The notes beneath the pieces are model-generated. The model was not told where the DNA came from and did no database searches. It saw only the letters and a program-made list of their open reading frames with translations. Shown one piece after another: positions 27,901 through 36,821 of a DNA stretch of 64,000 bases. The position numbers were made by a program, and so were the translations under genes. Each line of letters starts with the position of its first letter. Position 1 is the stretch's first letter. The DNA is from Parcubacteria group bacterium (GTDB taxonomy: Bacteria > Patescibacteriota > Minisyncoccia > Phycocordibacterales > 21-14-all-47-15), in contig JACOYO010000003.1 of the NCBI GenBank assembly GCA_016181845.1, positions 16,185-80,184 on the forward strand, read 5' to 3'.

Positions 27901-28634
27901 GCGGCACCTGCATTTTCAATCGCCTCTTCTATATTTTCTTTGAGCGTCGTGAGATTCAGGTTTTTGAAAATTTGATACACCGCTTCCGCGCCAATCCCCG
28001 CCTCAAACGAGTGCCCGTATTTCAGCACGTATTTATGGTAGAGACCTTCTTCAATGACTTTGCCTGGCGCAAGCATTTCCACTTCTTTTTTCGCAGAAGA
28101 GAGCATGTCTTTGAGCGCCGCCTTATCATCTTCTTTCGTAATTTGTTTTACCTTTGTGCGATATTCATTATCAAGCGCTTTGACTATTTTTGCTTTCTCG
28201 TCTTCGTTAACACTCGTAATAATGTAGCCGGCGAAATAAATAACTTTCTCAAGATCGGCGATAGAAAGATCAAGGAGCGTGCCCATTTTGGAAGGAATCC
28301 CGCGCAAAAACCAAATATGCGCCACCGGAAAAGCGAGTTCAATATGTCCCATGCGCTCGCGGCGAACAATAGACCGCGTTACTTCCACTCCGCATTTTTC
28401 GCAGATGATATCTTTGTAGCGTATGCGGCGATATTTCCCGCAGTAACATTCATAATCTTTTTCCGGACCAAAAATCCGCTCGTCAAACAGACCGCCGCGC
28501 TCGCTTCTGCCGGTGCGGTAGTTTATGGTTTCCGGCTTCGTTACCTCTCCGTATGACCATTCTTTGATACGTTCCGGCGATGCAAGCACAAGCGTAATGT
28601 GGTTAAAATCTTTTGTATTGTTGAAAGTTTTCAT
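24975..28634 (-). CDS. rpoC: DNA-directed RNA polymerase subunit beta'
   Basis: 1219 aa; the zinc-binding CxxC...CxxC N-terminus and the NADFDGD catalytic motif are present. Confidence 0.95.
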   Translation of the reverse strand: MKTFNNTKDFNHITLVLASPERIKEWSYGEVTKPETINYRTGRSERGGLFDERIFGPEKDYECYCGKYRRIRYKDIICEKCGVEVTRSIVRRERMGHIELAFPVAHIWFLRGIPSKMGTLLDLSIADLEKVIYFAGYIITSVNEDEKAKIVKALDNEYRTKVKQITKEDDKAALKDMLSSAKKEVEMLAPGKVIEEGLYHKYVLKYGHSFEAGIGAEAVYQIFKNLNLTTLKENIEEAIENAGAADRQRLHKKLSLVKAMLHSGVRPEWMFLTAIPVTPPALRPMVALEGGRHATSDVNDLYRRVINRNNRLKKLKEIGAPDVILRNEKRILQEAVDALIDNSIRHGVGSGGAAISASQKRALKSLSDSLKGKHGLFRQNLLGKRVDYSGRSVIVVGPDLKLHQCGLPKHMALELFRPFVIAKLLKNELAFNIRGAGRLIDEGIPEVWAMLEEVIRDKYVLLNRAPTLHRLGIQAFQPVLIEGNAIQVHPLVCTAFNADFDGDQMAVHVPLSEHAQREARELMSAAKNLLKPGNGNPIVNPQLDMVLGCYWMTKIVSGDKGEGLFFASPNDAISAYDFGRVGFRAKMKVMSTDSPKYQAFEGGVFETSVGRLLFNSVLPKDFPYINKAVDKKEMGNIIEDLIARYGIDATPPVLDKIKAFGYRYVTKSGITWGIDDVKVPKEKKEIIAAAREKENEIWKQYNEGLLSNEERRRKVIEVWQQVVSEIEKIIPGTLETDGSVSDMVSSGARGSLKQIVQMSGMKGIIVNTAGEAIDFPVIPSNKEGLSPLEYFITTHGSRKGLADTALNTAKAGYLTRRLVDVSQDVVIAEEDCGTKESITITAEDVSGIHVPLSRNVRGRVLASDIKDENDTILYKHGSLVTKEMAQEIEKRQIVSAEVRSPLRCTSDTGICRQCYGLDLGRNHLVALGEAVGIIAAQAIGEPGTQLTMRTFHSGGIASVGGDITMGLPRVEEIFERRSPKIPAVVSTSDGEVMEVVTKGKEHTIAVLSDAPVKKTDKKAGTIEYAIPFRRMPIVAAGDKIKKGDLLTDGQADISEIFKYGGKERAENYIIHEINKVYELQGASISRKHIEVIIRQMFSRKRVKDPGDTKFGAGEIVGGVELTKENKEVAQSGGEGAKAEPVLLGISEVSLTTQSFLSAASFQYTSRTLINTAIRGGSDHLRGLKENVIIGRLIPAGTGFRSKAHHQDEIAKEEEISPAE

Positions 28635-28721
28635 AAAATTAGCGAATTAGGTTTTAGTTTATTTTCCAGAGAAAATTATGCGCGTTCTGCGAATAATACA
28701 GGTTCGTAATTCATGACTTGA

Positions 28722-31700
28722 TTAAGTAAGCGGACCTTTATTTTTCTGCAATTCCACATCAAGCGCCAGTCCGCGCAACGTATTGAGGAGCACATTAAAC
28801 GACGCCGGAATGTTGGTTTGTTTAATTGATTCTCCTTTAACGATTGCGTCAAACGCCGCAGACCGACCGACAATATCATCCGATTTTATCGTGAGCATTT
28901 CACGAAGCGTGTGCGCCGCTCCGTATCCTTCCAAAGCCCAGACTTCCATTTCTCCAAACCGCTGGCCTCCTCCCTGCGCCTTTCCGCCGAGCGGCTGTTG
29001 TGTGATGAGCGAATACGGTCCGATAGAACGCATGTGTATTTTGTCTTCAACCATGTGGTGTAATTTCATGATGTACATATACCCGATGGCGATATCCTGC
29101 TCAAAAGGTTCTCCAGTGCGCCCATCAAAGAGCGGCACTTTTCCGTTTTCAGAAAATCCTGCTTTGACCAATTCTTCTTTTATTTCTTTGTCCGTCGCGC
29201 CCAAAAATGTCGGGGTAATTGCCTGATAATTGAGAGTGTGCGCGGCAAGCCCCAAATGCAGTTCAAGAATCTGCCCCAAGTTCATACGGGAAGGCACACC
29301 GAGCGGCGTCAGGATGACATCAATCGGGTCGCCATCCGCGGTATATGGCATATCTTCTACCGGAAGAATTTTTGAAATAACTCCTTTGTTGCCGTGGCGT
29401 CCGGCAAGTTTGTCGCCGACCGACACGTTTCGTAGCTGTGCCACTTCAATATGGATGCGCTTGATGATGCCTGATTCCAGCTGGTCTCCGCGCTCGCGTG
29501 AAAATACTTTCACACCGACTACTCTGCCCTGTTTGCCGTGTTCCATCCGAAGCGAAGTGTCTTTTACATCACGCGCTTTTTCTCCGAAAATAGACCGGAG
29601 GAGGCGTTCTTCGGGAGTGAGTTCTGTCTCGCCTTTCGGCGTAATTTTGCCGACTAAAATATCATTCGGACGCACTTCAGCTCCAATGCGGACGATGCCG
29701 TCTTCATCCAAATCTTTCAGTTTTGATTCCCCGACATTCGGGATGTCGTGCGTTGTCACTTCCGGACCCAGTTTCGTATCGCGGACATTCACCACAAATT
29801 CATCCATGTGGATACTGGTAAATTTGCTGTTTTTTACCAATCGTTCCGAAAGAATAATTGCGTCTTCGTAGTTTGCTCCGCTCCATGACATAAACGCGAC
29901 ACGGACATTTTGTCCAAGCGCTATCTGCCCGCGGTCAGACGACGATGTGTCTGCAAGAATCGCTCCCTTTTTTATTTTCTGTCCGACATCAACCGACGGA
30001 CGCTGATGAAACGCGGTGAATCCGTTGGTACGCGAGAAATTCACGAGCGTATAGATATGCTCTTTCCCTTTGCTATTTTGAACCACAATTTTTCGCGCGT
30101 CAGCGGAATGCACCGTGCCGTCTTCTTCGGCGATAATTATTCTTCCGCTGTCTTTTGCCGCCATTTCTTCCACTCCTGTCGCCACAATCGGCGCTTCCGG
30201 CAACACGCATGGCGTCGCCTGTTTCTGCATGTTAGAACCCATGAGTGCCCTGTTTGCGTCATTGTGTTCCAAGAAAGGAATGGTTGATGCCGCGATAGAA
30301 AACGCCTGATTTGGAGCAACATCAATGTAATGTACTTCTTTTTTTGGAACTAACTTCGGACGCCCTCCGGAACGAACTTCAACCATATCTTCGCGAATCA
30401 TATTATCTTCATACGGAACAGCGGCGTGCGCGATATTAAAACCCTCTTCTTCAAGTGCGTTCATATATTCAACCTTGCCAGTAATATGCCCGTTCTCAAC
30501 TTTGACATACGGCGTTTCAATAATACCGAAATCGTTGACACGAGCGTATGAGGAAAGTGTCAAAATAAGACCGATGTTCGGACCTTCTGGCGTCTGGATA
30601 GGACACACGCGGCCATAGTGAGACGGGTGCACGTCACGCACCTCAAAACCGGCACGCTCGCGCGTCAGCCCCCCAGGACCAAGCGCGGAAAGTCTGCGCA
30701 AGTGCTCAATTTCGTAGAGAATATTTTCCTGCATCATAAATTGAGACAGCTGGTTTGTCGTAAAAAATTCTTTCATGCGCGCCTGAAGCGGGCGTGCGTT
30801 GATGAAATGTATCGGCAGGGTGGAATCCTGGTCAATGGTTGACATTCGGTCTTGAATTTGCCTTTTTATTTGCGACAATCCGACGCGGAGTTTCTGTTGC
30901 ATCATTTCCCCCACCGCGCGAATGCGCCGCGAACCTAAGTGGTCTATATCGTCTTCTTGCGCGCCTGGCGTATTATTGAGAGTAACAATATGCGCAATAA
31001 TGGTCGCGATATCGTCCACCGAAATAGTCGTCCTCTCCATATCGCTTTGGGACATGCCTTTTGTAAAACGTTTATTAAAACGAAACCGCCCAACGCGCGA
31101 CAGGTCATAGCGTTCCGCGCTGAAAATATTTTTGAAAAAATCACGCGCGTTTGCAACCGAAGCAAGCTCTCCGTCGCGCAATTTTTTATAAATATCAATA
31201 TATGCTTCATCGGCTGTTTTCGCCGAATCCTTGTGAAGGGTTGTTTTTATCGCTTCTTGCGCGCGTGCATTGCCGTTAAATAACTTGAGCACATCTTCGT
31301 CGGAATCAATATTGCCAAAGGCGCGAATAAGAGCGGTGGCGGTAAATTTTCTTTTTCGGTCAATGCGCACGTAGAGCGCGCCGTCAACTTCCGATTCAAC
31401 TTCAATCCACGCCCCGCGGGCAGGGATAATTTTTGCGCCAAAAAATGGCCTTCCTTTCAATTCCTGAAGCGTAAAAAAGGCGCCAAAACTGCGCGCCAAC
31501 TGCGGCACAACCACACGCTCAACACCATTGATGACAAACGTGCCGTGTTTTGTCATGAGCGGAAAATCAGCTAAAAACATTTCTTGTTCTTTGGTTGTAT
31601 GTAAGTGCTTATTAGTCAGGCGTACCATGACACGAAGCGGCGCTTCATACGACATTTTATTTTCTTTTGCGTAAAATTCATCGTGCTTCGGTTCTCCCAC

Positions 31701-31883
31701 TTCCACCGACAAAAATTCAAGAGTGAATTTGTCTCCGGTGTAATCGTTGAGCGGCGAAAACTCCATGAACAGTTCTTTCAAACCGGCAAGAAGAAGCCAC
31801 TTATATGAATCAACCTGTGTTTGCACAAGATTGGGCAACGTAACAAGCGGCGGACGATACTTTGAAAAAAATTTTTTTTCCAT
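28722..31883 (-). CDS. rpoB: DNA-directed RNA polymerase subunit beta
   Basis: 1053 aa; conserved rifampicin-cluster and catalytic regions (...GEMEVWALEGYGAA...). Confidence 0.95.
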   Translation of the reverse strand: MEKKFFSKYRPPLVTLPNLVQTQVDSYKWLLLAGLKELFMEFSPLNDYTGDKFTLEFLSVEVGEPKHDEFYAKENKMSYEAPLRVMVRLTNKHLHTTKEQEMFLADFPLMTKHGTFVINGVERVVVPQLARSFGAFFTLQELKGRPFFGAKIIPARGAWIEVESEVDGALYVRIDRKRKFTATALIRAFGNIDSDEDVLKLFNGNARAQEAIKTTLHKDSAKTADEAYIDIYKKLRDGELASVANARDFFKNIFSAERYDLSRVGRFRFNKRFTKGMSQSDMERTTISVDDIATIIAHIVTLNNTPGAQEDDIDHLGSRRIRAVGEMMQQKLRVGLSQIKRQIQDRMSTIDQDSTLPIHFINARPLQARMKEFFTTNQLSQFMMQENILYEIEHLRRLSALGPGGLTRERAGFEVRDVHPSHYGRVCPIQTPEGPNIGLILTLSSYARVNDFGIIETPYVKVENGHITGKVEYMNALEEEGFNIAHAAVPYEDNMIREDMVEVRSGGRPKLVPKKEVHYIDVAPNQAFSIAASTIPFLEHNDANRALMGSNMQKQATPCVLPEAPIVATGVEEMAAKDSGRIIIAEEDGTVHSADARKIVVQNSKGKEHIYTLVNFSRTNGFTAFHQRPSVDVGQKIKKGAILADTSSSDRGQIALGQNVRVAFMSWSGANYEDAIILSERLVKNSKFTSIHMDEFVVNVRDTKLGPEVTTHDIPNVGESKLKDLDEDGIVRIGAEVRPNDILVGKITPKGETELTPEERLLRSIFGEKARDVKDTSLRMEHGKQGRVVGVKVFSRERGDQLESGIIKRIHIEVAQLRNVSVGDKLAGRHGNKGVISKILPVEDMPYTADGDPIDVILTPLGVPSRMNLGQILELHLGLAAHTLNYQAITPTFLGATDKEIKEELVKAGFSENGKVPLFDGRTGEPFEQDIAIGYMYIMKLHHMVEDKIHMRSIGPYSLITQQPLGGKAQGGGQRFGEMEVWALEGYGAAHTLREMLTIKSDDIVGRSAAFDAIVKGESIKQTNIPASFNVLLNTLRGLALDVELQKNKGPLT

Positions 31884-32204
31884 ATACTCTCTTACTCAAT
31901 TATTATTGATAATGCCTCCCGCAATACATCAAAAAAAGAAAGCCGCCTTTTTTCAAAAGGCCTTCGTACAAAAAATATAAAAATTATTTGAGTATATTGG
32001 GTAACAAAATGCTTTTGCTTTTTGAACACACAAGAAACCTCCCATTTCTCTGTGCCAGTAAGCGCATTTACTACTTGCCCTATCAATCCACTCCCAAAAC
32101 TCAATCCTTATTGATATGCACACAGTGTAGCGTATGAGCTGTTTCTTGTCAAATTTTCATTTGTCAATTCAATTGTGGATAACTTTAGCGATTTTATATT
32201 CGCT

Positions 32205-32237
32205 AAAAAAGTCCGATCAATATTGATCGGACTTTTA
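32205..32237. terminator. bidirectional intrinsic terminator
   Basis: aaaaaagtccgatcaatattgatcggactttt. Confidence 0.55.
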
Positions 32238-32354
32238 CTTTTTACGGCGATATTTTTTTACAGTAAACAAAGGGCTACCATTTATAACTTTGTTAGTAAA
32301 CAACTATAATATTTTTAATAAATTACCCTGTGACAAAGACCGCATGGAAACGAG

Positions 32355-33599
32355 TTATATATTTTTATTTTGCATTCTTCGCTTTCGATGAAAACTTATG
32401 GCAAACCGATGGGCTTCGGCATTTGCAAAGAGGATATCAGCTTCGTGCCGTATCGCGAGCACGCGGTCGCCGATGATTTTTTTCGGGCGATGACGCTCGT
32501 CTTTGACCACGCCGACCACAGGGATTGCCACGCCAGCCGAAACAAGCGCGTGCTTCGCCGCATTCACTTGCGCGGTTCCGCCGTCAACAACAATCAAACG
32601 TGGCAGTGGCCACTCGGCATGCGCAAGCCGTCGCGAAAGAATTTCTGACAGCGCGCGCGTATCATTCACCCCTTCAAAACTCTTTATATTAAATTTCCGA
32701 TACTCATTTTTTTGTGCCTCGCCGCCCTCAACAACTGTCATCACGCCAACAGACGCTGAACCTGAAAAATGCGCCACGTCATACGCTTCTATTTTGAAAG
32801 TAGAATATGAAAAGTTGAGAGTCGGCGTATTTTTGATAAGAGAAACATCTTGAATATGTTTCAGCGCAAAAATAGTTTTTTTAATTTCATGCGCGCGTTC
32901 AAATGCGCGGTGTTTTGCCGCTTCTCGCATCTCCCGCTCCAATTTTTTAATAAGCATGCCTTTTTTTCCTTCAAAAAAAAGTTTCAGATTTTGTATGATT
33001 TTTGCGTATTCTTTTTTTGAAATCGCTCCAGTGCATACGCCAGGGCATAACCCTATTTGAGTATTAAAACAGGGCTTTTCTTGCCTAAGACGGCATACAT
33101 CGCGAAATGGAAAAATTTTTCTCACAATTTTCAACGCTTCTCGAAGCTGGTTGCCATATGTAAAAGGACCGAATACGTCTTTGACTTGGACGTCGGGTTT
33201 CCAAGTTAACTTGGAAACCCGACGTCCAAGTAGTTCACGTTCCCGCGCCAGAAGCACTCGCGGAAAATCTTCGTCGGTAATGACGACATAATTAAAGCTT
33301 TTGTCGCTCTTTTCTTTTGAATTGTATTTCGGTTGGTGTTTTTTTATCAGCGCCGCTTCAAGAATGAGCGCTTCAAGCACTGAATCGGTTTCTACCACGC
33401 GCACATCACGCGCTTGTTCGAGCATCTCCGCAATAATTGGCCCGCGGGCGCTCATGAGATCCGACGAAAAATAACTTCTTATCCTATCACGAAGCGATGT
33501 CGCCTTACCGATATACAAAATATCTTTTCGCGCGCCCAAAAACTGATACACTCCAGGCGTATCCGGCAAATTTATTTTATTTAGTCGATTTTTTTGCAT
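32355..33599 (-). CDS. uvrC: excinuclease ABC subunit C, short form (GIY-YIG plus RNase-H-like endonuclease domain, no C-terminal (HhH)2)
   Basis: N-terminal GIY-YIG (PGVYQFLG...ILYIGKA) and a C-terminal VVDGGTAQVNAA... domain. 414 aa. Overlaps the uvrA stop. Confidence 0.8.
   Translation of the reverse strand: MQKNRLNKINLPDTPGVYQFLGARKDILYIGKATSLRDRIRSYFSSDLMSARGPIIAEMLEQARDVRVVETDSVLEALILEAALIKKHQPKYNSKEKSDKSFNYVVITDEDFPRVLLARERELLGRRVSKLTWKPDVQVKDVFGPFTYGNQLREALKIVRKIFPFRDVCRLRQEKPCFNTQIGLCPGVCTGAISKKEYAKIIQNLKLFFEGKKGMLIKKLEREMREAAKHRAFERAHEIKKTIFALKHIQDVSLIKNTPTLNFSYSTFKIEAYDVAHFSGSASVGVMTVVEGGEAQKNEYRKFNIKSFEGVNDTRALSEILSRRLAHAEWPLPRLIVVDGGTAQVNAAKHALVSAGVAIPVVGVVKDERHRPKKIIGDRVLAIRHEADILFANAEAHRFAISFHRKRRMQNKNI
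33185..33230. repeat. 46-bp perfect palindrome inside the uvrC coding sequence, in frame
   Basis: cttggacgtcgggtttccaagtt|aacttggaaacccgacgtccaag encodes LGRRVSKLTWKPDVQ. The cttgga(g/c)gtcg...ccaag theme is shared with 10261-10309. Confidence 0.6.
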
Positions 33600-36225
33600 G
33601 GTTGTTCAATGCCCTCTTGAGATACACTCCGGTATGAGAACCATCTTTCTCCGCCACTTCTTCGGGAGTGCCTTTGGCGACAATCTTTCCGCCGCACGCG
33701 CCTCCCTCGGGCCCGATGTCAATCATGTAGTCGGCATTTTTTATAATCTCCATATTGTGCTCTATCAGCACCACCGTATTGCCGCGGTCTACAAGACTCT
33801 GTAATATCTCAATCAATTTTCGCACATCTTCATAGTGCAGACCCACCGTCGGTTCATCAAGCAGATAAATGGTGCGCTCTGTAAACGGGCGATATAATTC
33901 CGAAGAAATTTTTACCCGCTGAGCTTCACCGCCTGAAAGTGTCGTCGCAGATTGTCCAAGCTCAAGGTATCCAAGCCCAACTTCATTCAAAGACTTGAGC
34001 CGGTCGGAAATTGCCGGAATATCTTCAAAAAAAGCGAGCGCTTCTTCAACCGTCATTTTGAGCACTTCATAAATATTTTTATGCTTGTATTTCACTTCAA
34101 GCGTTTCTTTTTCAAATCGTTTTCCGCCGCACACATCGCACGGCACGTACACCGTCGGCAAAAAGTGCATTTCAACCGCTATTTCTCCGTTGCCTTGGCA
34201 CGTTTCGCACCGTCCTCCTTTTACATTGAAACTGAAGCGTCCTGATTTCCACCCGCGCAAGCGCGCTTCTTCGGTAGAAGCAAAGAGGTCACGAATATGT
34301 GTCCATGCCCCTGTATACGTGGCGGGGTTAGAGCGCGGCGTACGTCCGATTGGCGATTGGTCAATCATCACAGCGCGTCCGGCATATTCCGTCCCATCAA
34401 ATGAAGCGCAGTTAAATACTTCATTGCTTCTATAGCGCCGATCAAACCTCGCCTGCAGATTTTTATAAATAATTTCATACAAAAGAGAAGATTTGCCCGA
34501 ACCTGATACTCCGGTAATCGCTACAAGTTTCCCCAGTGGAACGTCTACATTTATATTTTTAATATTGAATATGTTTGCCCCGCGGATTTTGAGCGAACCC
34601 TTATCGTTCGTGCGCCGCTTTTCCGGAATGGGAATTTCTTTTTCTCCGCGCAGGTACGCAAGAGTGAGCGATTCGCCAGCGCCATTTTCGGGCAATTTTT
34701 TTGCCGTCAATAATTTTTCTAAATGGTCGGCGACGACCACATGTCCGCCGTGCACGCCGGCGCCCGGGCCGATGTCAACGATATAATCGGACGCAAAGAT
34801 AGTATCTTCATCGTGTTCAACTACAATCATTGTATTACCGAGGTCGCGCAAACGTTCAAGTGTTTTGATAAGCCGCGCATTATCACGCTGATGGAGCCCG
34901 ATAGTCGGCTCATCAAGCACATAGAGCGCCCCAACGAGACCGGAACCAAGCTGGCTTGCAAGACGAATGCGCTGGGCCTCGCCTCCGGAAAGCGTATTGG
35001 CGCGGCGGTCAAGCGTGAGGTATTCAATGCCAACATTCACCATAAACGAAAGCCGGTCCATAATTTCACGCACCACAACCGCGGATATTTTCTTTTCCCG
35101 CGCAGAAAGTTTGAACCTGTTGAAAAATTCATCAGCTTCTTCAATAGACATGCCGGTTACCTCCACAATGTTTTTACCGCCCACTCGCACCGCGAGAGCT
35201 TCAGGACGCAGACGCGCGCCATGGCAGGTGTCGCAGAGGTCTTCGCCGAAGAAATGTTTCGTGCCGAGTCCGTTGCATGCCGGGCACGCGCCATACGGAG
35301 AATTAAACGAGAACAACCGCGGCTCAATTTCCGGATATGAAAAACCGTCGTTGGGGCACGCAAATTTTGACGACATTAAAAATTCGCTCGTTTCACGTGA
35401 CTGGTTTTTTGCCGATGTTTGTTTTTTTGAATTGGCAGTATTGAGATTGAAAACAACGCGCACCAATCCTTCCGTTTCATTCATCGTGCGTTCCAATGCT
35501 TCGGCAAGCCGTTCACGCGCGGCTTTTTCGTCATCGTGAAACTCGGAAAAATAGAGTGTGTCTACGAGCACGTCTATATCATGTTTTTTTTGTTTTGAAA
35601 GTTCTATGCGGTCACGCAGATTGTGCATGTTTCCATCTATTCGCACCTTGCTATATCCTTTGCCAAGCAAATCATACAGAAGCTGATAGTATTCCCCTTT
35701 CCGTCCGCGCACCACCGGCGCCATAATGGCGACAGTCGCCGTATCAATAGCCACCTCCATCACTTTTTCTGAAGGCGCGTCTCTAAATTCACGCACTTTT
35801 TCCAGTGTAAAATTCAAAATCTCTTCATTGGAAAGTTTTTTTATTTCTTCTCCGCAAATGAGGCAATACGGTTTTCCGATACGCGCAAAAAGCACCCGCA
35901 GATAATCATAAATCTCGGTGATAGTCGCCACCGTTGAACGCGGATTGTTGGAACGGCTTTTTTGGTCAATAGAAATAGCGGGTGACAAACCGACAATCTC
36001 ATCAACATCTGGCTTTTGAAACTGGCGCAAAAATTGCCGCGCGTACGAAGAGAGCGACTCCACGTACCGCCGTTGCCCTTCGGCAAAAATCGTATCAAAA
36101 GCGAGCGAAGACTTGCCGGAACCGGAAAGCCCCGTGAATACGATCATTTTATTTCGCGGCATCTCAACCGTAATATTTTTCAGATTGTTCGTCCGCGCGC
36201 CTTTTACGATAATTTTGTTGTCCAT
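33577..36225 (-). CDS. uvrA: excinuclease ABC subunit A
   Basis: Two ABC ATPase modules ([10 protein letters not shown] / [10 protein letters not shown]) with LSGGEAQR signatures and zinc-finger Cys clusters. Confidence 0.95.
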   Translation of the reverse strand: MDNKIIVKGARTNNLKNITVEMPRNKMIVFTGLSGSGKSSLAFDTIFAEGQRRYVESLSSYARQFLRQFQKPDVDEIVGLSPAISIDQKSRSNNPRSTVATITEIYDYLRVLFARIGKPYCLICGEEIKKLSNEEILNFTLEKVREFRDAPSEKVMEVAIDTATVAIMAPVVRGRKGEYYQLLYDLLGKGYSKVRIDGNMHNLRDRIELSKQKKHDIDVLVDTLYFSEFHDDEKAARERLAEALERTMNETEGLVRVVFNLNTANSKKQTSAKNQSRETSEFLMSSKFACPNDGFSYPEIEPRLFSFNSPYGACPACNGLGTKHFFGEDLCDTCHGARLRPEALAVRVGGKNIVEVTGMSIEEADEFFNRFKLSAREKKISAVVVREIMDRLSFMVNVGIEYLTLDRRANTLSGGEAQRIRLASQLGSGLVGALYVLDEPTIGLHQRDNARLIKTLERLRDLGNTMIVVEHDEDTIFASDYIVDIGPGAGVHGGHVVVADHLEKLLTAKKLPENGAGESLTLAYLRGEKEIPIPEKRRTNDKGSLKIRGANIFNIKNINVDVPLGKLVAITGVSGSGKSSLLYEIIYKNLQARFDRRYRSNEVFNCASFDGTEYAGRAVMIDQSPIGRTPRSNPATYTGAWTHIRDLFASTEEARLRGWKSGRFSFNVKGGRCETCQGNGEIAVEMHFLPTVYVPCDVCGGKRFEKETLEVKYKHKNIYEVLKMTVEEALAFFEDIPAISDRLKSLNEVGLGYLELGQSATTLSGGEAQRVKISSELYRPFTERTIYLLDEPTVGLHYEDVRKLIEILQSLVDRGNTVVLIEHNMEIIKNADYMIDIGPEGGACGGKIVAKGTPEEVAEKDGSHTGVYLKRALNNHAKKSTK

Positions 36226-36244
36226 ACTGATTTATTATCATCTC

Positions 36245-36296
36245 TAATTTTTCCTGCGACTATGCCAGTATACTGGCATAGTCGCAGGAAAAATTA
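36245..36296. repeat. 52-bp perfect palindrome carrying the R1 core (tatgccagtatactggcata)
   Basis: taatttttcctgcgactatgccagta|tactggcatagtcgcaggaaaaatta. It makes the track ORFs 36016..36297(+) and 36244..36432(-) end in the same peptide. Confidence 0.7.
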
Positions 36297-36513
36297 AGAA
36301 ATTAAACAAAAAGCTAAATCCCCCGCTCTTTGCCGTAGAGGGGGTATACCGCGCTTTATATATTGATAACGTATCATCTTTCGACAAAAAAGCAACAGCA
36401 ACAGATGGAGTCATTGTCTGATTTGTCCACACCTTTATTTTTATTTATGCCGGAAAATTGATAGAATAAAAAGACAATCGTAATATACATTCGGTCGAAT
36501 ATTATAAAATTAA

Positions 36514-36723
36514 ATGAGTTCTTTAATAATCAGCATGGATAAAGATAATTACTATACGCTCTCGGCATTCTCATATCTTATTATCGCCGTCGTGTTCGCT
36601 TTTACCATCTTCAACAACGGCAGTGTCGTGATAAATAATTGGCTCTTTCCTGTATGGCTCAATTGGGTAGTCATTCTGCTTTCCGGCTATCTTTCATACG
36701 AGTCGTTCCAAATGAAAAAGTAA
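36514..36723 (+). CDS. small membrane protein (2 TM), hypothetical
   Basis: 69 aa, hydrophobic. Confidence 0.3.
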   Translation: MSSLIISMDKDNYYTLSAFSYLIIAVVFAFTIFNNGSVVINNWLFPVWLNWVVILLSGYLSYESFQMKK

Positions 36724-36821
36724 TCCGCTTTTTTCTATATTAAAAATCGCCTCCTGGCCATGCGCCGCGGGGGCGTTTTTTAATTCTATCTCCCACTCTT
36801 CACATCAAAAAACCTTTATAT

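Noticed and set aside
24975-36225. Numerous antisense or overlapping ORFs of 60-235 aa inside rpoC, rpoB, uvrC, uvrA, uvrB, dnaG and rpoD
   Set aside because: They lie entirely within, and antisense to or out of frame with, long conserved genes. They have no SD or start context and show low-complexity translations. This is the noise expected from a six-frame track in this GC range.
36016-36432. Track ORFs 36016..36297(+) and 36244..36432(-), which both end in [18 protein letters not shown]
   Set aside because: They are mirror images produced by translating the 52-bp perfect palindrome on both strands. They are artefacts, not genes.
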